DNA of 39,385 nt, from the NCBI GenBank assembly GCA_001724265.1, contig MEDY01000298.1, forward strand, positions 1 to 39,385. The letters run 5' to 3'. Origin of the DNA: Rhizaria sp. SCN 62-66 (taxonomy: Eukaryota). Shown piece after piece: positions 37,101-39,385 of the stretch; within the stretch, counting starts at the first letter, position 1; each line of letters begins with the position of its first letter. The notes under the pieces are model-generated. The model saw only the letters and a list, made by a program, of their open reading frames with translations. It was not told the DNA's origin and ran no database searches. Made by a program: the position numbers and the translations under genes.

Positions 37101-39385
37101 TCCAAGCGCGGCCGCGGCAACTGGGGCGAGCGAGTACGGCGACGCCATCGTCGTCCGGTTCGCCGTACTTACTGCCGCCTCGGCGGCAGCGGCAGACGCG
37201 GCCTCAGCAAGACGGGCCTCGGCGCGGGCGGCGGCGCGCGCGGCGGCCTTAGCCTTGGCTTTCTTCACCTTCTCCCTGCGGCGCACAAGCGCGCGGCGCA
37301 GACTGGCCTCGTCCCCGTAGCCATCGTCGTCGCCGTCGCCACCTTCGTCGCTGTCGTCGTCGCTGCTGCTGTCGTCAGCGTCTCCACGTGCGACCCCGTC
37401 GCTGTCGCTGCTGCTGGCGCTACTGTCGCCGCCAGCGCCCGCGTCGTCGTCGCTGCTGCCGTTGCCCAGGTCGTTGAGCGGTGCGCCCACGCCCTGAGGC
37501 AGCACGCGCGCGCCCACAAACGCCAGCGCGCGGGACGCCGCTGCCGTGGTCGCCGCCGCCACGGCAGTCGCTGCGGTGTCAGCGCGGTGCGCCCACAGCC
37601 CCGCAGACAGCGTAGCCGTAACGGCCTCCACGACGCTCGTCGCTGCGGCAGCGCTGGGCGCCGAGCCCGAGCGCAGGCGGCGCTGCGGCGCCGGGGCAGA
37701 GACCGTGAGCAGCGGCGATGACTGCGTGGGCGCGGGGACAGTTGCCGATAGAGGCGCTGGGGGCAGCCACAGCGCAGCCGGCACAGGCGCAGAGGCGGGC
37801 CACAACGCGCGGCCTTTTTTGGCGACACCCGCGCGCTTGCCGCTCTGAGGCTTGGTGGCGGAGCGCGCGGTGGCGGCACCGTCCTTCGTCGCCGTCCACT
37901 CGTACTCGGTCGCAGCTCCAGAGTCTGCAGGGCTGGCGACGGAGGCTAGAAGTGCGTGCGCGTGGGCGCGGAGCGCGGGCAGCGCCTCCAGCGGCGACGC
38001 CAAGGGCGCGGCAGCCGGGCCAAAAAACTCCGCGAGCAGCGGCGGCAGCACCCAGCTGTAGCTGACCGCCGCGACGACGCCGCCCTCGGTCCCCGCGCCG
38101 CCGCCGCGGGCGGGCGCGGGACCGGCCCTCCGCGGCGGCGCGGCCGCGGGCGCCCAGTCGCCGCCGTCCCACGCAAAAGAGCTCTGCGACGGCAGAGCGC
38201 GCGCGCTGGCGGCCTGCGCCGCGGGGCCCACTGCGCCGCGCCTGGTGTGGTGCGCGCCCTCAACGTGAAGGCGGCGGCGCACGGCGACCAAGTCGACCTC
38301 AGTCTGCGCCACACGCAGCCAGTGCGCGCGGTACCGCAGCAGCGCCGCGCGTGCCGCCGCGGGGGTCGTCAGCGCCGCCAGCGCGGGCAGCGTCAGGCGC
38401 ACGCCTGCGTAGCGCGCGGCGCGGGGCGCCGGCGCACCGGACTCAGCAGCCGGCGCAGGGCCAGAGAGCAGCAGCGAGGCCAGGACGCGGCCGCGCGGGG
38501 ACACCTCGACCGCTGCAAGCGCAAATGGCGCGGCGGCAGCAGCGGCAGTAGCACCCCATGTCGCCGCGGGGACGTGCCAGTGCGCTGTGACCGTCAGCAG
38601 CGCTGGCGAGTCCACCATGCCGATAGCGCCCGCAGTGACCGTACCGCACGAAGCTGCTGGCAGCACGGGTGCGTGCGGAGACAGCGCAAAGAGTGATGGC
38701 GCGAGCGCGAGCGGAAGAGGGGCCGCGTGTTCGGCAGTGGCGCGCTTAGCAAAGCGCGTGTACTCGGTCACTGTAGTGTCGCTGCGCGGCACACGCGTCA
38801 CGGAGAGTACAGCCGACGCGGGCGCTTGCGGCAACGCCCAGAGACCATGTGCGCTGCTACTCTCTGCAGCATTCGCAGATGGACGCGGGAAGGCGAGCAA
38901 TGCTGGCAAAATCCGCAGAAGAATAACTGCGGACTCGCCTTCATCGCCATTTGCGGAAGCAGAGGCTTTCACCGTGGGCGCAGTGACTGTGAGCCAGGGA
39001 GACGTGTGGCGCATCAGTCGCGACAGGAACCCACCCAGACACAGCGGGCGCCGAGGTCGCTGACAAAGAGCGGCAGGTCCAGTCGTTGCGCTGGCCGTCC
39101 GCGCGGCGTGGAACGCAGCCCACAGGCACGCCTCCGCACCGGTGGCAACAGACTTGCCGTGACTGTCCGCCTCAGCGTCGGTGTCGGTGGCATCTTCGTC
39201 TTCATCGCTGCTCGTGTCTGCGCCGTCCGCGGTCCCGCTGCCGCCGTTGCCGAAGCCGGCGGCGGCGCGCGCGTCCTCCGCGCCGCCCGCGACCGCGAGC
39301 TCCCAGGCCCGCGCGCCGGGCAGCCGCGCCTCGGCCGCCGCAGCGGCCAGCGCCCGCGGCAGCCGCGCGCGCTGGGGCGCGACCG
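22122..39385 (-). CDS. Giant UPF1/IGHMBP2/SETX-like superfamily-1 helicase (DNA2/NAM7 family), 5'-partial, at least 5753 codons in one open frame
   Basis: Q motif LNESQRGAV, motif I GPPGTGKT (28874-28851), Ia [11 protein letters not shown] (~25525-25492), II VVDEASQ (~23895-23874), [61 protein letters not shown] read the frame upstream of ATG 39014 and found no stop before the window edge. TAA stop at 22124-22122. Confidence 0.92.
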   Translation of the reverse strand, partial: VAPQRARLPRALAAAAAEARLPGARAWELAVAGGAEDARAAAGFGNGGSGTADGADTSSDEDEDATDTDAEADSHGKSVATGAEACLWAAFHAARTASATTGPAALCQRPRRPLCLGGFLSRLMRHTSPWLTVTAPTVKASASANGDEGESAVILLRILPALLAFPRPSANAAESSSAHGLWALPQAPASAVLSVTRVPRSDTTVTEYTRFAKRATAEHAAPLPLALAPSLFALSPHAPVLPAASCGTVTAGAIGMVDSPALLTVTAHWHVPAATWGATAAAAAAPFALAAVEVSPRGRVLASLLLSGPAPAAESGAPAPRAARYAGVRLTLPALAALTTPAAARAALLRYRAHWLRVAQTEVDLVAVRRRLHVEGAHHTRRGAVGPAAQAASARALPSQSSFAWDGGDWAPAAAPPRRAGPAPARGGGAGTEGGVVAAVSYSWVLPPLLAEFFGPAAAPLASPLEALPALRAHAHALLASVASPADSGAATEYEWTATKDGAATARSATKPQSGKRAGVAKKGRALWPASAPVPAALWLPPAPLSATVPAPTQSSPLLTVSAPAPQRRLRSGSAPSAAAATSVVEAVTATLSAGLWAHRADTAATAVAAATTAAASRALAFVGARVLPQGVGAPLNDLGNGSSDDDAGAGGDSSASSSDSDGVARGDADDSSSDDDSDEGGDGDDDGYGDEASLRRALVRRREKVKKAKAKAAARAAARAEARLAEAASAAAAEAAVSTANRTTMASPYSLAPVAAAALGPRFLPGAAAAMTAADAEGRTHWKLDFRARELVALRADSDGGADSDAKLGSATASSAGSWAERQRRAVAAPGHGARAAVLSAAAAVSAADMIGGAAGDRALTVLSVSPNDSYGALGRVAPAAATHALVSASSASAGATEHAYYPSLLRQRWRCEAAAARALAFTALALGSNAPRSDAAVVLPAIILTRLGQHYSPRVFAAPAPGPVSRARALVALTVSLAALRDGSAAGGVGTAAGASAMALARLSKGGAATGVAATAAAVARSLGVATANSSGSAGTSGLSKKSTHSAPHATQSASDDDGGESGDDNDDRVTGAVPAGGRRNAVIAAAFSETGPVMRYSKTWAIGSQAASEWAARVTGATPTAGCSATDNPCAAAAAAVPAAVATSMVRYRVAFDVASISPTEANHGVGADRQRDALRPVAQPKQQSMAPKSVLPTLRDVERHQRGEAAGGTGSSDEDGEDDDGNEAELAASAAAAAAAAEEEEEDELQVGDLVWASVANVPPALLALFLPALAATARSERVVSASGNADKDSARRVLSPAVFSDAGGVSLAGAALAGFSVAHSAATTAAVGVWGQGVAPAAAACNSCNDSSTGQLRYPSLSCTPWLYNHLWATPHAGSARDAAADANAGSSALEPDASLRAPVPFAPHPGYWARHERTRVAAKAHAIAQAQVHRRLERLMKISASLTADLGESGKAADVLAKLLQSLAATDSAHINAPLRRVRAMYSLLVSATNDMVVNDTSHIQRDARRVAGKLARALRRLYQAYAATAHAAIHTAAPAATPVNGEVCYAANAVGVVWADHVAEGLVDAVTAAAAQAALAENASSTSYASVKEDEDDDDLSSFKPVTSAFPRDPAEAKLDKVLQSLSTSVANDSQTVDATGKVAEAGVTAALRALTHPLTAAAAFATALSLLSRRPDTQSGALPPPLHPPLPTLQCPLEGVVVRVLPPGVVIVEFLLPEALARTLFTPGRGVLVLPAVAHSSEVKAGTTAEVGGVDVSVWAPTWRLDRCANLVPLERTLRAVTSLTTPCPLAALAGADGVSASAGAGAESAFAVASAVREAAVLDSAQRASEKAAVVAVSALDDDRAVIVGETLSGDSRISCDGQTESAALWTSASDRGEWMRKEGFWTAGSGVTIPLVSPWAVVTYSAFAPPAVAPLLPPTTLLLKQPPAGAPRRGLGAAASSRGHGAQSTHALQPLHPSRTQSLELAAAARKLGVPLSASGWDGAGGAGGGAAAGALIAWGARARRSHARWARQARREHRWTRRWLVEAAAAAVGTANVSGNNTCGAATVGGGLDPVAIALPQDFDDKVQLFVSVGMGFQPLKLVSGGHASGLQSGSSDALKDSKNKKDKKDKKSRGESNHGLSVPDGLYCAPAAAFGGRSDPTLTIMSASAQRLPAAAVALLPQRGATRGGVPVPTLLSPYSGAANAVAAAARESAAASLAATANGRAVRSRVSRGDVRSRVAAVVGPVLVSALRRALTAARPAGSRHHQLDAHSGSDSDADASRSNEATSEQVVESLQKVLTMTDVAVAQCVAAAHYRGAATRALSAHEDRALLRRIQQRRQREHGQHQLLQRAQWRRATRAQALQVSLRNEEASAGFVSRLRAAGCATAADLSSFTKRLSADQLAAELRLARMGAAASAAAGSGPRWQREGQALLRLLRSQWTVSPLLAALKLATTLGDSEDAEFSSDDDDDVDGDDGETGYEHESFVAFINALESTPAVGNYRSSRALYPTALALEARARLCAAAVSARMSLVAASSLSVSSAEALASSQVAAAALSALLQGTLGSTSAVSNVNEALACALSLTAVATASCTSAGAVRNSEPSSALTAIFGPSAGERTLRRAAAAGALWTAVTVPLPGALLLPQLLSGVSGATGVTNSSPLLRFPVTAVRAGVLSAAASKAAAAAVSAFAGTFSAPPAALGAGWRLYPAASAAHGHSATVSVTMLSQWSAAKPPGYFYGPPAVQAAICGGFAPGISLFRRPAPSPGLAQSCSDAAPTGQAVEADVAAGVTVASALQRLFDRGSKHLERCFASNNSSALSALPETCVPWLLLSQWRTALRTVMLDALGGSGGSAISSNNEKRPSTATVSVVTPARKKGDRGDALTNFLFKSSAHHNMRDESESDDEDGVSVSTHAHVAVSEPYPVRLDFTPTHSHFLALAGNDVAALVLPVTAALAPPSLRIIANTSTTATDDVIEHLVAVVPQHSESIAKSMAVFVGQLCANARGALYRAWASASLSFVSVKTAGCAACHGECSCVLSLSLSGLRAAGVTLAPVGSPVAGADSIADLWAKGRVFRLCVPLTMTPSQLRSEPDSFLDTQSMETPAAYVTTTATEIATVESGDWAKLKKKREQDRLRRKLGDAKARLTFPAADSVNNDASTSNQKSATAVSNAMSDVDTTVAMLNLMVTHVELLALTSHFECDACINNTAAGTAKTTAVTAAATVAPTWTIGDMLAVTRKLTMRHKQYAPPPTHDDLADAFITRSSDTARHSSIMGLRALLRAVPALLPLPLPSLRACAVPQIASIIARATAAADLPTETLATNRFGAARVVFPSAKSTATPAKSSNHNMSHAASPATSPMLTAPHSRTASAAASPGFWPYAAAGSAAPAPFSLSRTSSPQLQPRVGGSVDALGDAVALAAKPPVALHLTLPAPQAVVHALRGAAQCAGAGLLVRDDGVALARSVEAVSAAATAPLPLPVREMQWAQKLLAAAGTLNESQRGAVLAALSRPVTLIQGPPGTGKTQTIAHLIWLWVAALGGEGPKARPAVPPLAAEVTADCAVSSTGTSTAAGAFGANSGVMVDLMEEEDDVYRTHSAVPHDTVGEGSWEADEFTRSVTAGRRGGAGKRLWSRSDAPGGGGSYGSGSAHSNFRTTVIVPLASVLTAAADGGAAAVGGGVQAALSFYGVRSVWHRDDVVGDGWAQTDCEALSPDADAGARGGLATAALGLELGSSQTYSETLGSTYQNYFVAHLMRTMVAVAADSAAASTHSRVASLCVSDCEQMLSELEACATSKPLLSLKASATLRQRTAALAAALALRIALARANNTTLADAAAHTLPPPLALLTAAPGALGQLPELIVALDAAVTHLAALSRPADTGAAVHGRAAAHSHRVLALARSRVRALVVQLRQWWPTVAAIASSSRMCSRSVIEYEPTIWRDAAAVIKHYLSSGSAGASAVHNENSLFVALLQRANDLLVALNTKTRDIANESSRNLRKRIAGRSSDKRAREHAQRNAHLAAAGTSSSESESDNESSKDDFSIAIGNSYTSDSESEHNQTSTGPVSANTEDAMTSRVNEDANIDTDAAVAEDTPPPLVARSPAVAPAAASNKPHIAALRPAEGDDGDEADAEAGCGKDDSDETELVFVENMPVDTAQDSVAAMDAPAEDVIDRDLSSAAASPLLAAALAVASLKPSTGTPIPVAESPAIAATKPIAAPRKLLVTFGDGNDSDEPPPDETLDYRTRTKAVRGPALTAKQARAAARATERAAAEAEAARKKVAEQSRAFSLFAPLPALRAGAVPVPAMAEAPPTVPAWRKSALLSAAFGGCSSSDSGDDDKKRATTALDKNNPQRDHVTSPSAGADAKGTAAGDAAEEEDDMDWLDDEALSDLDLGIDDLVAVSSAASDSKVKKAKKDKKDKKERKEKKSQKSDRVVESAGVDEAAEEASLSPLLLAPGAVLAVADGSTQRRTADAAAQPVAHAGEQVAKRPRVLVTAVSVAEAPAGRTSVKSMSNTSNIRDDDAEVVLPLPLPLPAQHKSQVAAAFASTSTLSNIKAKAAHPASSNTGSTLTLPASVTLSAIANTSALTSSSLVSPASDHLLVCLTSSTTAASTATMSAVSLSSAGSGFRGRGPVLLTAYSNIAVDQLCSRLLTLPGFSAPASASSAEDNNASAVPPAFTVVRYGNSSRVHPSVADVTVDAWVARHPLFGTAVAAARRTLVQTEQAIAACATALPRLYDALHERPATPAAKGASGADGRTAADAPAVAIGGRFSHADAQKLVSRTVSGLRARRGGDWLRGVFTDAATATAAPTNAGPGTRVTGGSNKSNETSMAALLDGGGDHASRATDAYVALLAGLRQRAGVPHWASEPTLAPAPAHVTSAGNEVTTVRLGNHEATAATHHSAASAAAFVAASQSESAERAFAQYHNRRQAVRVRQGKAPRSHYSHQRQSTALGAVAATSAVLCPGSVAVLRALANVPFGGAAVTLAPTAKTARRMRRRGAREDDEAPHENSDDAAEDEAEDAEWAFAAGMFSTVSSSSLSSASASDTAKNRRATNGGAGALTTVTPAAAAAADAFTLAPFTGLNASVPADQRVTASAAVSALGAAAGVAAAARLLWSASWLTLLQEELGYVAQHSRRTLARLQREARHHILATADVICCTCVSAGAPELEELRFTLIVVDEASQAPEHACAVPLTKLAACPPARALAAAAASAETESEGPLDGLADIAAFARVVLVGDQCQLPPVVAEGELLTLAGAHVSLFERLHTHAPGVTIPLLPLQRGTGMRLTGAMLPWSLSLARAESSMLTRQYRMHPHISLWSNGALYDGRLEDGVPAATRRPPPGLPWARVAAAWSPVLVIDTGATQELISGSGSKANETEAVAVATVVASLVRAHIAAQERALSRTVTSITSGYASGSNEDDASSFGLTVSVSDIGVISPYAAQLRQLQRHISTALAPLRATAARVLAAARLARARALRSAVTSEAAEAAVTAAVGRSHVRSTVQQWQQGQVQHQAQMQRGAAAVVIPGAVAGAGAGWSEASLVSFNKKPTAVTNTGTAAANFSAVSRASENNCDDDETATYAASKQERKAQCVREASAAAAAALAPVISTLSSLVGQGSAAVSGNGVSKAANVEVKSVDGFQGREKDVIVFSCVRSNTHGGIGFVEDIRRLNVALTRAKRGLIVVGDVATLSRASGYWRAFFATVTSRGTAGRSGSGLVRVAEVYDWVKSTIASEQTPAAPPPRKQASGQTSSARGENNKKKRFMMQ

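Noticed and set aside
2543-39205. Many long overlapping or antisense ORFs (e.g. 2543..3634+, 3866..5134+, 18039..19307-, 18044..19336-, 28170..29033+)
   Set aside because: These are shadow ORFs expected in very GC-rich coding DNA; the translations are Arg/Ala/Ser-rich with no recognisable motifs.

Overview
Gene-dense eukaryotic (protist-like) genomic DNA: GC-rich coding blocks separated by AT-rich spacers, with few short GT-AG introns (both modelled ones have GTACGT donors). It holds five large genes and one partial gene: a CHAT/caspase-like fragment at the left edge (-), an ADAM-type metalloprotease-disintegrin (-), a disordered hypothetical protein (+), a degenerate DEAH-helicase/RBR-type RING fusion (+), a Cid1/Trf4-like nucleotidyltransferase (+), and a >5,700-aa UPF1/IGHMBP2-like SF1 helicase (-) that runs off the right edge. 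The main signal is five isolated in-frame TAG codons in three genes. Each is flanked by open reading frame in the same phase, while the five modelled gene ends are TAA (4) or TGA (1). This points to a variant nuclear genetic code in which UAG alone is a sense codon (Gln is the best guess), or to systematic UAG readthrough or editing. I cannot name the organism. Domain calls come from motif recognition by eye, not from database searches.
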